A stretch of 64,000 nucleotides of DNA, taken from Carcharhinus amblyrhynchos. Its lineage: Eukaryota. The notes beneath the pieces are model-generated. The model saw nothing but the letters and a program-made list of their open reading frames with translations. It had not been told where the DNA came from and ran no database searches. Location: positions 1,054,001 to 1,118,000 of the forward strand of contig OZ336903.1 of the NCBI GenBank assembly GCA_965287045.1, in the 5' to 3' direction. The position numbers and the translations under genes were made by a program. Of this stretch, positions 25,296-38,400 are shown in pieces. The number at the start of each line of letters is the position of its first letter. The first letter of the stretch is position 1.

Positions 25296-25472
25296 CCCCC
25301 CTAACCCACACATCTTTGGAATGTGGGAGGAAACCGGAGCACCCAAAAGAAACCCACGCAGTCACGGTGAGAATGTGCAATCTCCGCACAGACAGTGACC
25401 CAAGGCTGGAACCGAACTCGGGTCCCTGGTGTTGTGAGGCAGCAGCGCTAAACACTGTGTCACCGTACTGTC
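25296..25472 (-). mobile_element. tRNA-derived SINE (HE1/V-SINE-like)
   Basis: Reverse complement gacagtacggtgacacagtgtttagcgctgctgcctcacaacaccagggacccgagttcg... Confidence 0.8.
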
Positions 25473-26060
25473 ACTCCGGGAAATGCATTTGTGTTGAACA
25501 TGGGGCGGGCGGGGGGATTTCTCACTCACTTTGATTATTGGAGGGGGGATGGGTATCAGAGTAAGTCAGCGTTGCCTCAATATCCTCACCTTTCCTCTTG
25601 TTTCTTATTTAAAAATAACTCATTCCTCCACCTGGCCCAGCGAGAGGGCTAACAGAAAGCAGAGAAAAAGTCACGACATGGAAAGAGGCCATTCAGCCCA
25701 TCACATTCTCACCAGCTGGAGAAATATAAACTAGCATTCCATTCTAATCCCACCTTCTAGTGACCCAGTCCCCAGCCCGATCTTTACAGGTTACAACATT
25801 TCAGCCGCAGATCTGGGGGCCGATCTTTGGATCCGAGGAGTTTCTGTCTGGACCACCAGTTTAAACACGAATTCCAGACACCCACTACTCTCTGAGTGAA
25901 AACCTTCTTCCTAATGTCCCCTCTAATCCTCCCAGTAATTCCCATTCAATATTTGTAAACCCCACTCCCCCAGTAAATGTCCTCTCTCTGCCTCCGTGAC
26001 GATTTACAATATACTAAATGAAGAAAACGGAATCAAACCATGTATTTATCTGCTCTAATC

Positions 26061-26070
26061 TTTATTTAAT
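26061..26070 (-). terminator. Gene B polyadenylation signal
   Basis: ATTAAATAAA on the minus strand, homologous to gene A 22832-22841. Confidence 0.65.
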
Positions 26071-26426
26071 GACATAAGAAGGAAAGGCTTTATAAAATAA
26101 ACTTCAAATCCATTTGACAAAAAAAACGCATCAAATCTTGAATGATAATAACGGCTCCGTTCCACAATGCAATGCGATGTAACCGCTTTAATATGGACAG
26201 TACAATACTCGATACACATTTTAGGTTGTTTTTCATTGTTGCTTGAACAAAACGTTTACTCTTTCACGCGGAACAATGACAGAAATGAGAATTCACAAAA
26301 CGCAACATGAAGTAATAACCTATTGATACAAAAAAAAACAATATTTTATCTGGGAGTAAAGCATATTCGACATGGCGATATTTGTGGAAAAGTTAAGGGG
26401 CGCCCCCTGTCATTTAATCCCATGAT

Positions 26427-26473
26427 TCATATGTCTGAGGACGTCACATCCTGTATTTGTTGATGACTATGAC
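26427..26473 (-). CDS. Gene B terminal coding exon ([15 protein letters not shown])
   Basis: Homolog of 22435-22481. Confidence 0.8.
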
Positions 26474-29400
26474 CTGAAACGGTAAAATAAAAATGAGTAA
26501 GATTTACAACTATTTACACAATCAGGTCAACACTTCAGAAGTACTTATATCATATCCCAGTTCAACTGGCAGTTTCTTTCTATCAAGTACACACTGCACA
26601 TTCTCTCTGATACTTTCAATGTAATGTACCCCTGAAAATACTGCAGGAAATCACAAAGCAGAAACCACGGGACAGGTCACATCCCTACACTGCGGCACTC
26701 CCATTGGAAAATCTCATCAAATATCATTCTAATGTATATGTGTAAACTTCATAAATGAATGGACACTGCCCAATGGCTGTTAAAAACCTGCGCTTGCGCC
26801 ACAGATAACTTTATTATTCTTAGCTGGCGTGGAAGGAACCGATAAGATGTGATCAATACGGGTTTGCCCGTGAGTTGTCAATACTTGGAACACGTCGCCA
26901 CAGAGAGCTGTGGAGGCAAAGTCCTTGTGCACACTTAAGGCTGAAATGGGTAGATTATTGGTCAGTGAAGGTACCGAGGATTATAGGGAAAAGGTAAGAG
27001 AGTAAATAGAATGAATGTCTGATGAGTCATAATCCACTGAAGGGCGGACCAGGCTGGAAGGTCTGAAAGGCCTAATCCTGTTCCAATTTATTCTCAATTT
27101 ATTATGTACTCATCCCGAACGACTGTCTAAGATATGGAACAATCAAAGATTTATCTCACCCAGAGTGCCGAGATCACCGCTGGAACTTATTAAAGTGAAG
27201 ATACCGTCAGGGCCCCGGTTCAGCAGCAAGTGCCCACTCTGAGGGTCAATGGTTTCAGTCTCAACATCGTCATAGTCTGTCAAAGCAGGAGCTAAGAGGG
27301 AAACGTATTTGAATTGAAATTAATTAGTAATGAAGGACAGTTCGAATCATATCCTTAAATGTCTATTTCCACAGTAATTACGCAACAGAGGCTTTGATCT
27401 ATGGTGGCATGGAGACCAGTGAATTAGAGCATGGAAAATTATTGGACGAAGCTTTGTTTAGTTTTTGTGTTCAATGTTAGTTCAAATTTATATGTTTCCC
27501 AATGAGTCACCGATCCCACAAACCAGTGCACAATTCGCAACCAAGGGAGGCTTCTGGGGAAAAACATGGAACTTCTTAAAAAATGGCATTTACATTGCTT
27601 GGAACAATGATAAAACATTGTTTCAGTCTCAACGTTTCTGTAATTGAAATAATTGTGCTGTATCTGAGCTACTTGGAACTGTTTGGAGATTTCAGAAGCT
27701 ATTTTAGATATTACAGAGTGAGAAGGCTCAAAAGGAAATGGTAGGATGTGAACTTCGACCTACCCTGAATAGAGGAGGAATCCACTTCAGGATATTCTGA
27801 TCCAAGATCCGTGTCTCCCAAAGTGTGACTGGTGTAATATTCAATCTGATTGAAGGAGTCGATGCTTGAAGAAACTGGTAAGCACAAAAATAATTGGTTG
27901 GTTGACAAATTGTTTGTGGAGACATTAAGATGTTGTCGTGACAGAGAGAGATTCAGAAAGTCAGTCGAAATCACAGAAACTTTATCGCCTCTGTGGAAAT
28001 ATCCTGGCATTTGATCCTGGCACCAATTTGGGAGAACAGCCCACAGACTGACTGCAGTGGTCCAGAGTGAAGAACTAGCACGAGCTTATTGGACAAAAGA
28101 TATTACTCTGGCTCTGCAATGCCCCGTGCCTTGGGACAGATAATGTTTGAGATATCAGAGAACCGGAAATAATGTAAGAAAAAAGCAAATGAAGTAGATT
28201 TGAAACTTCCCCTTTTGCAATATAGAAATTCAGAATGCAATTTTATGCATTGCAATATTTCACGGTAAATGACATCAATTTAATAATGAAGTGGTAATCT
28301 GACTTATGAATTTGTTCAAGTGGTTAAAAAAAAACTACCATCTCAAGTCTACTTTAGCATGGTCAGCTGATCATTGATCACCAAAGGAGAATGTAACTTG
28401 GCCATTGGGTGAATGGCTCCTATGAAAAATCATATCACCAAGTGTGCAGCAACTCGCTCAGCACGGCACCGGAGTGTCAGCTTTATTTTTCTATTGAAGT
28501 GTTGGAATGGAACATGGATTGGGAAATATTTGAGAATCAGGAATGATTGGAACTGCCTGGAAACGAGCTGACCGGAAATTGTCCCGTTAACGCTGTATGA
28601 GAGGGCAGTTTCCCAAACAAATGGTGGGCTCGAGGAAAGAAAAAACTTTTATGGTGTTTATGGTATCTACTCCGATGACTTTTGTGAGATTTTGATGATG
28701 TTGATTATGTGAGAGATCCCACCATGAAAGGTGCACTGACTTCTTTATATTGTTTTAGCGTAAATATTTTCTTTCCTCCTTTTGTCGAAATTCGATTAGC
28801 TTTCCTCCAATAATGTTCAATAAACTGATACCGATGTCTTGCCATTCCCCTTTTAGTTTCCTAATCACAACATCAATATTTGCTTTCTGCCAGGAATCTG
28901 ACATTACACCCTTTAGTAATGATTCAGTGAAAAACTGCAATTCTGCTTCCGCTAGAATTTTTCCTTTCTTTAAAAATGCATGGATGAAAATGTTCCAATT
29001 AGTTTGTTTTTGTTCGTTTTTGTTTCTACCTGTCGATGTCATTTCCATTCACATCTTGTGAAGTCATGAATTTAAATCTCATCTCTGGGACAAACTGAAA
29101 CAAACAATTGATCAATATTTTTGTCATTTCAGCATTGCTGACTGTCTAAAAAAAAAACTATCCTTCGAAAATGTCTGAACTAATATCTGAATTGGCTATT
29201 TTGTTTCTGTTTTGATTGCATATTTTGCTGTTTAATTAATACTCCATTATTCACTAATATTGTAGTCCTCCTTTGTCACCTTAACTAATCACATCGCCTT
29301 TTTTTCCCAATTTCTCAACTCGCTTGGTTCAGTTCATGACTCCACTGAGTCTAACACATGTCCCACGTTGTTTTTCCTTGTTTGCATTGGAGATGTTTCC

Positions 29401-32400
29401 TTATATTTATTTATTTTTTGTCTTTTTTTCAGTCCAAAAACGGTTTCAAAATTGCCCATTTTAGCAAAATAATCTATTGTACTCCATGTATTTTCCCAAA
29501 TTCTATTCTGTCCTGTTAATTGGACGCTGTGTCTGCGGTCAGCAGTGACGTATTAAATTGATTTACATATTCAATGAAATGTTTTCCTTATTATTATTTC
29601 GATCAAACTTTGATGTGTGCAAGGTACAAAGCAGTTGGAAATTGGAAACAACAGCTCAGCTCGCTCTATTTACACAGAAGGTAAAAAATATTCTTGAACA
29701 ATAATGAGCATTGATTATCTAATCAGTATGCAAATACTCTGAAGCTAAATAAGGACATTTAACATGTCTCCGTTCTACATGAGGACAGTGAGGTTAATAC
29801 TTCTCTTGGCCATGGCTATGGGGGGGAGGGCGGGGGGGTAAACATGAAGCGGCATTTTTGCAGTGTAGCTACGGTTTCTAAAGAAAAACACCAACCTGAA
29901 GCACGAGACTGAGTGTGCAGGTCGTCGGGAGGAATATCATCTATTTCTTCATAAATGGCTTGGTCTATAACAGAAGGTGGATCCCAGCTCCCCGCGACAG
30001 GTTCTGTTGGAGAATGGTCGGGATTGTTACATTCTGGAACAATATTTCTCTTTTTTTTATTGATTACATATCTCATTCGATGTCGAGGTTAGATTCAAAG
30101 AGGGGCCTCGCGGAATTTATCTTGTTTCTCTGCATCATGAATCCAGTGATAATACCACTGCCTCCATCACAAGCAACACTGAGGCATTTAGCGACCAGTG
30201 GAGATCAGCGCATAAAATATGAATCAAGATAATTTGGTGCGAGTTCAGATACAGGTAGTCGTACTGTTTATCCATTCAAAACTAGTTGTACGAATGTCAG
30301 ATTTTCACCAGACTCTCTGGCCATGCGTCAATATGGCCGCTAAGCAGAGGGGCGTCACTCCATACCAAACAGGCCTGAATATCTCCCGTTCTCACCGCAT
30401 TACATTATTGCCTTGGAAGGATTTTACAGGAAGTTTTGACACTTTTTATTGGTAAAAAGTCTTGGGACCAAGGGTGAAACATCTGACTCAGAGAGGAGGA
30501 GGCCACGCACATTACCACCGGCATAGATTATGTAGTATTAGAGAGGTAGTTTTTTTTTTCTCTCTGGGATGCAGTGTTGGCACTGGTGATAGCCTCAAAA
30601 TGGGTCGAGTACTTTTCGAGAACTTGACACGGCAAAAAAAAACTGAGTGTTGGTTTGAAACCAATTGTAAGTAGAAACAAAATGTCAGTTGCTAAATAAT
30701 TAATGAATACATTGGAACATAGAAATTAGGAGGAACATAGGAATTAGCAGTGAGATTGGACAATTCCGCCTTTTAAGGCTGCTCCCCCATTCTATCTGAT
30801 CATGGTCGATCTTATCTTGTTCTCAAAACCAAAAGCATCCCTGCTCCATTTGAGCTTTATTCAGCTTTCATTGATATACATATGTATTTCTTTCCTGAAT
30901 GTGCTAACTGATCAATCTGCTGACTGATTCTGTCTCGCCTGCACTCTGGACAATCGTTCCACAGGTTCCCAACACTCTGAGAGAAATTGTCCCTCTCCTC
31001 AGATTTGGAACTCCTCCGTCTCACTCTAAATCTACGAGCTTTTGTTGTAGAATCTCCAACAAAGGAGAATATCTGCTCAACATCCACTTCAACAATCCCT
31101 TTAGAGTCTTATATACCTCCGTCAGATCCGTCCCCCCGCCCAATTCTTTTAAGCTTCATGAGTACAAACCCAAGCTATTCAAATGCTCCTCGTATGGTAG
31201 ACCTTTCTTCCCTGGAATCAATATGATGAACACTCTCGGAACTGTCTCCAGTGTCACCACATCCTTCATCAGGTATGGAGAATAAATCTGGACACAACAT
31301 TCCAGGTGTGGTCTCACCACGGCCTTATCCAGTGTTAACATTTCTTTATATTTAAAATCCTGTCCTTTTGCAATAAATGCCAATATTCAATATGCCTTTC
31401 TTACTCAACATTGCAATTTCAGGTTTCCGTTCTGTCATTTCTGCACAAGGATACCCAGATCCCTCTGTACTGACACACTTTGAATATGCTTCCCATAAAA
31501 ATAATCATTTAACTTTATTTTTCTGGAGAAAATGGATGGCCACACAGGTATCCACATTCAGCTCCATTTGTCACATTCTGGCCCATTCTCCAAGCCTGTC
31601 AATATTCATCTGTAAACCCTATAAACTCAAGGGTGCCTGCTTTCCCAGTCATCTTAACATCATCCGCGAATCTTGCAATGTTGCACTCTGGCCCGAATCA
31701 CATGTCGTTATGTCGGTTGTGAATAATAGAGAACTGAATCTTGCGTCATCCCTCGTATTACATTTCCCTCACTCCCCACCCTATGCTTTCTCTCTCTCAA
31801 CTAGTCCCCTATCCGAGCAAATATTCTGTGCCCAGCACCTGGTATTTAAAATTCTTGTCTAATGCATTCCCGAATCCCGATACGCCAATTCCACGTGATT
31901 CCCATCGACCACCTGTCTGTTAAATCCTCAAAAAATCTAGCAAGTTTGTCAAACACAACCTGTCCTTCATGAAAATCGTGCGGACCCCGGTGAATTTCGT
32001 TTTGTTTTCCATTTATTAGTTATCTCCTGCCTAATGACTGACTCCAGCAACTTCCCACCACTGAGGTCAAAGGAAGTGGTCTATAGTTTGCCACTTTTTG
32101 AGTTTTTTTTTGAATAAGGGTTTCATATTGATGTGTTTCCAATCTATTGGCATCTTTCCTGAACCGAGGAAAAAATGCCATAATATTTCTAATTCACCCA
32201 CTATCTCTGTTGCCATCTCCTTTAATACTAGAGAATTCAGATCATCAGAGTTCAATTTGATGAATTTAACTTCTTAATCTGTTGCATCAATAATAAATCC
32301 CATTTCGTATCTTATAAACTGGTGGATGGAGCAGGAATATAATTGTAGATAACTCCCTTACTTATATATAGTATTTTACTGTTTCTCATGTGGCTTGAAA

Positions 32401-35400
32401 TAGATTACTGACCAATAATCAGTTAATTTGTTTTTGAAATTTATTCAAGTCATTCTATGTAAATCGGCAGAGAAGCCCCTCCGATGGATGAAGCAACATC
32501 CATGACTCAGCGTGGGTTCAGGGATATGATTCGGGCCTTACCTTTTATTGATGATCTTCTCTGCATTACTGCCAAAAGGGCGATTAACTCACAGATCAAC
32601 AGGACACCGAGTGATATGCAGATCACCAGAGGGATGGAGGTGCTTTCATCGTCATTTCCTTGATGAAAGATTCAAGGAAGTTTGTGAGATAAAGTGTCCA
32701 CAATGTTTTAAATGCTTACATGATTATCAAACACTCAGACTGTCGGTAGAAATTTACAAAAAAAGGCAATACAAATGTGTCACAACTATTAATCTTAATG
32801 TAAAATGAGCCGTAACAGTGATTGATATTTATTACTGAGACATACCTGAAGGTGTGGGCGGAACAGTCGGAGATAACTCCGGACCTGATGAAGATACGGT
32901 AAAAGGGAGACAATTATTTGCATTGTTGGTCAGAAAGACATTTAAAAACATTAATTAACTTCAGCAAAAATGGGCCGAACAACGTCACACAGTCCCAAAC
33001 CACACCACTCAATTGGACACTTACCGGAACAAATCACACTGGCATCTTCCTTGTGATCACAGTCAGACTGAGCTAATGATGAAGGACAGTCAAACAGAAA
33101 GGATTCACTTCCGGTGCACTTCACCTCATCCAGCCAGATAGTACCGGTACCCTGCCCAAAAGCGGCCCCTCCTGTGGCCTCGAGAGCAGAGCCACAGCCC
33201 AGCTGTCTGCAGACAACACTGGCATCGTTCATATCCCAGGAATCATCACACACCGTGCCCCAGGCTCTATTACACCATATCTCCACTCTCCCGGAGCAGC
33301 TATTGTTACCTCCAGCCAAACGCAAACTTTGTCCTGGATTTGTTAAAGATAATAAATAAATTATTAACCTTGACGTAGCACAAGAGAGGAATACAATCAG
33401 ATAACTGGTTTATTAAAGTTGGCAAAACACCTGATCCTCTCTTGCAGCTGTTCACAGTTTCCTGCTCTTGCTTCGGTGTCCCTCGCTCTGTTGATAAGAC
33501 AAACATGTTGACTCCATGAGCTGCATCAATATTTCAAATGTAAGCAGAATGATTGACTGTGTTACCTGAACAAACGACTCCTGCATCTTCCCAATGATCA
33601 CAGTTGTGTTGACCCCACGGTTCTGCCTGGCACTGCCAAAGGGTCGACTCATGTGAATGGCATTCCATCTCATCCAACCAAATCGGTCCGGATCCTACTC
33701 CGAATGAACGAGCGTCATAATCGATGGAAACAAGAGTGCCGCAATCTAACTGTTTACAGATCACCGCTCCAACATCTAAATCCAGCTTTTCAGCGCAAAC
33801 TGTTCCCCAGGACCCATTATAGAACACTTCCACTCTGCCCTCACAGCGATGCTTTCCATTCACCAAACGCAGCTCTTTGTGCTCTGTCAAACAAATCATA
33901 AATAATCACGCGATTCAAATATCAATTCTGTATCCACGCACTATATGTCTAAGTTGTGTTCACTGTTCGCTTAATTATTGCATAAAGGTCACATAAAAAC
34001 AGACACAATCAAAAATAAGCAACACTGAGTTTCAGTCGAAACATTTGAACGATGAACCCGATTTATTTATTCGCACAGCTTGCAGCAATGGTGAATTGGG
34101 CAATGCTACAGATGCTCTGTGCACGGATTACCAACGGAGCTTCAAGAATTTCCCTGAGTGAAAGCCCACGAATGACAATGTGGAACAGGGCAATCAAGAT
34201 AAAAGTGGATTAAAATAAATGTTGTAAAATTTCTCGTTACTTCAGTGGCAGAACTTTCGGTGCGACGAAAAAGAACGTCTATTGTGGCAGCAAACTGGCT
34301 TGTATAGTTAATACTAAAGAGAACTGCAAAGTATGTATCAAAATGCTAATACATGGCAGGATACACACGCCAATGACAACTTAGTTTTCGTACTGCTCAG
34401 TGGAATGGAGCGAATTTTGATGCGAAGAATAAAGTGACAGCATACTTCTTGAGAAATAAGTGATTAAATCAAATATTTTTGCAAAATAATATAGTTATCC
34501 GGAACATTTCACACATAAACTGATGAAATTTAAAGCTTGTGACCGTAATAGTCAGTGATATTAATTTGAAGATACATTTATGTCAGGAAATGAGGGATAA
34601 AGAAACATAAGGGAACACATCAAAAGTAGGCTATAGAAATATTGTAACGGGAATGATGTCCAGAATAAATAACACAGACAGGGATTTGACAGAAGAGCAT
34701 TTGAAAGGGCCGTCCTTAGGTATATCAGGAACATATCTTATATATGAAACTTCTAATGTAACTGAACTTGGGGCAGTTACCAGAGCACATGATCTTCACA
34801 TCTTCTTTATGATTACAGTCGTGTTTACCCCACAATGCATGGGGACATTCCCAGAGAAATGATTCACTCCCGGAACATTCCAGCTCATCCAACCAAATTT
34901 GCTGTGAGTCAGGTCCAGCCAAAGCAGGAAGAGGAAGTCGCAATGCATGTCCACAACCCAGCTGCTTGCAAACCACGTCAGCGTCTGTCAGATCCCAGGA
35001 ATCATCACAAACTGAGCCCCAGATCCCATTGTGATAAATCTCCAGTCGGCCCGCACATCGGCTTCCACCGCCAGAGAGTCTTAACTGCTTGTGTTCTAAT
35101 GGAATAATGACATAGACGGATTATATTTATTAAACATATTCATCTCTTTACTAAAGCCAAACTATTGTATATTTTGCAGCTAAATTAAAACCTGGATTTT
35201 AACTGCCGTTGACTGGGACATTAATTTACCCTCTAGAAAAAAGAAAGTTTCTTTTCAGTGGTAAAATATGCAAGTTGCTAGCTGCGAATTGACATTTCAG
35301 ACAGTGACCTTTCCTGAGAACTCACACAAGTTGCTGCTAAAATGGTCATCAGTTCCTTGTTATCTCTCAAGAATGCAAGTTTCAAATCTACCCTCATGGC

Positions 35401-38400
35401 GGCCCTTCCAAAAGACTGGAATGTTATCGAAACTATTCTCAATGAACCGTGCATATTCCAACTCAGCAGCAGCGAACAGCGCACGCTCAAAGCCGCACCC
35501 ACACCCAATCCCCTTCCTTTCCCTCTTCCTGACCAACAGCCCCACCAGCACTGGTTATTTGATCTTCATTGGATTGTCTGCCGTCAATACAAATTAGCTT
35601 CAACATATCATGGTCATTTTCATAGATATCTACGCTCTCCACTATTGACCACCATTTGATCACTACCCCTCGCGATCGTGATAATCAGCGTCCATGAGTC
35701 TAATCAACAAAGTAGCACAATGGTTGGCACTGCTGCTTCGCAATGCCAGGGATCTGGGTTCGCCTTTCTTCATCCTTATTCAACAATCGTTATGTTAGTG
35801 TCTGGGACACAAGATTACAATCCCCTTCGTAAACGAGACTGTCCCTTCGTTGTGCTGTTGAAAGCCACCCCACTGATCAACACATTAGCCCCTATTGCTA
35901 ATACTGTCTTTAGCTGTGTTGGTCTCAATTTACTGAAGGGAATTACCTAGAGATTTATAAAGTTGTTAACTTTAAAAAAAAATGATACTGTCATCATATT
36001 CCAAACTATTAAGATTTTTTCTTTCTTCCTGGAACATTTTGTCCTACATCCAAGCACGATTGTCAAATATGTCACGAGCATGCTCCCGAAGAGGACGTGA
36101 AGTATATTCCCTAATGACCAAGATTATATATAGTCCCTTTCGTTTCTGGAAAAGTGACCTGTTTATTCACCTGAGCACAGAATCCCTACGCCGAGGCTGT
36201 CACTGCGATGCGGGTTCAATGAGAATGTGCTGCACTTCCGGAGATGCGATTCGGTTCCTTCACACCGGACATCATTCACCCACACAGGCCCTTCACCCTC
36301 TCCGTACTTTGAATTGTTATAGGTGGTTACCGCTTCGCCGCAGCCCAGCCGTCTACAGGTCACATTAGCGTCATTCAGATCCCAGAGGCTGTCCTGCACT
36401 CTGCCCCAGCTGTGGTTGTAGTAAATCTCCACTCGCCCATCACACCGACTTTCCCCATTCATCAATCTCAGTGACCAGTTTTCATCTAGGCGAAGAAAGA
36501 CAAGGAGAATAATGGTTACAGTGCAGCAAATTATATCAAATTGATACATCTCTCACCAGGCCAGCTCCCCCGATGCAGAGGTGAAGGATGTGGTGAGAGG
36601 CTGCTGAGCACAGTCAGACAGGAGGCTGAACAGCCACCGTGGCTGCTCTGAATCTGAAGCAAATATATTGATAGACAGAGGGATATAATATGTTTATGGA
36701 ATTCGAGGATGGGCCAACATTTGGGCGGTCAAATATAGAAATATCCTCTTTAACCCCAGCACCACTTGTTTTCATTATCTTGATTTAGGGACTCACCCGT
36801 GCAGATGACACTGACGTCATTTCCATGTGAGCAGTTAAACTCTTCCACGGATGAAACCGGACACTCCCACAACCGGGACTCGTTCCCGCGGCAGTTGTAG
36901 TTCTCCTTCCATATTGTCCCATTTCCCTCCCCAAAGGCTGCACCTCTCAGGATTTTCTCTACCGCTCCACACTGAAGATGCTCACAGACCACACTGGCGT
37001 CTTCTAAACCAAAGTAAACATCACAGAGCGTCCCCCAGTGTTCTCCATGCAGCACTTCCACCCGGCCGGAGCACCTGTCCTTTCCACCAACCAATCTCGG
37101 CCCATGGTTTCCTGTTTCAGGGACAAACACAGGACCAACGAATTAGTACATCAAAATTAGAAGAACACAAGCCAGTTCTTTTTTGTGTGTAAATGGGAAG
37201 ACAGAGTTTACATCTGCATCCACAATCATAGCCCAGTATTCACAAATGATCACATCGAACTAATTAACATAATATGTGCTAGTTTTCGGAAGGTGCTTCA
37301 ACCCGAAGTGAACAGTCGATCCTGAAGAGAAAAGCTAATGCGCCATTGGCACAATATATTGTCTTTGGAGAGTGTCTCGTATATTTTTTTACATAATGTG
37401 CACAGAGTTTAAGCATTGCGTTGGGATGCAATTATAAAACGATATCCTCAGGAGCAATAAGGTAAGAAAAAAATGGCAAGTGCACCACCAAATTAGACAG
37501 AATCTGGGACCGGTTAATTCAGAAAATAAATGTCGTTCGAAAAATTCCTGTGTCATTCTGAAGTTCATGCGCATTATCGGCACGTTCTCCATGCTTTGAA
37601 ATCTCCTCTACACATGAATATAAGATTCCAACTGAAAGCTGGTGAGTAGATGTAAAACAAGCGCTTGCAATGCTGTTACTGAGCTCACCAATTATTTTGT
37701 TTGATGCAAGATATTTGAAATATAAAACCATTTATTCTGCTGCATCAATATCCTCTGTAGAATGCAAGCACTGTTATGCTCTGTGATCGTCCATGCAGTG
37801 GGTTCATGGCTTGGGAGACAGAGCACGAATGTGTAACAGCTTCATTAAAAAAAAACTCAAATGTTTAGGAGTAACACATGAAATTGGTCAAGGTATAAAT
37901 CAGCAATAATAATCTGCTAATTTCAGAACATGACATTTTTTAATTTGAAATGATAATCCAAAATTACAACAAATGACATGAAAAATGAAGGCCTGGTTAT
38001 TTACCTCCATGCTCGAGAGAAACAGAACTGTCATACCTACTTTGGTGCAATATTAATATTTTTTTCTCTCTAATATTCACAGACTGCACTCACCGGAACA
38101 GATCACACTGACATCGTTGCTGTGGGTGCACTCGGACTGACTGACAGGAACATGTGGGCAGTCCGTCAGGCCTGTCTCGCCACCTTCACATTCAAATCTT
38201 TCGTTCCATATAATTCCCGCGCCCTCTCCAAAATAAGCCCCTCTTCTAATGGAAATGGCGACTCCACACTGCAGCTCAGCACAGATCACTCTGGCGGTAT
38301 TCCAATCCAAGTCACGGTCACACACTGTACCAGATTCTATATCGTTATGGATCTCCAGTCTGCCGGAACATGTGGAAGGCCCGGATACTAGTTTTGGAAA

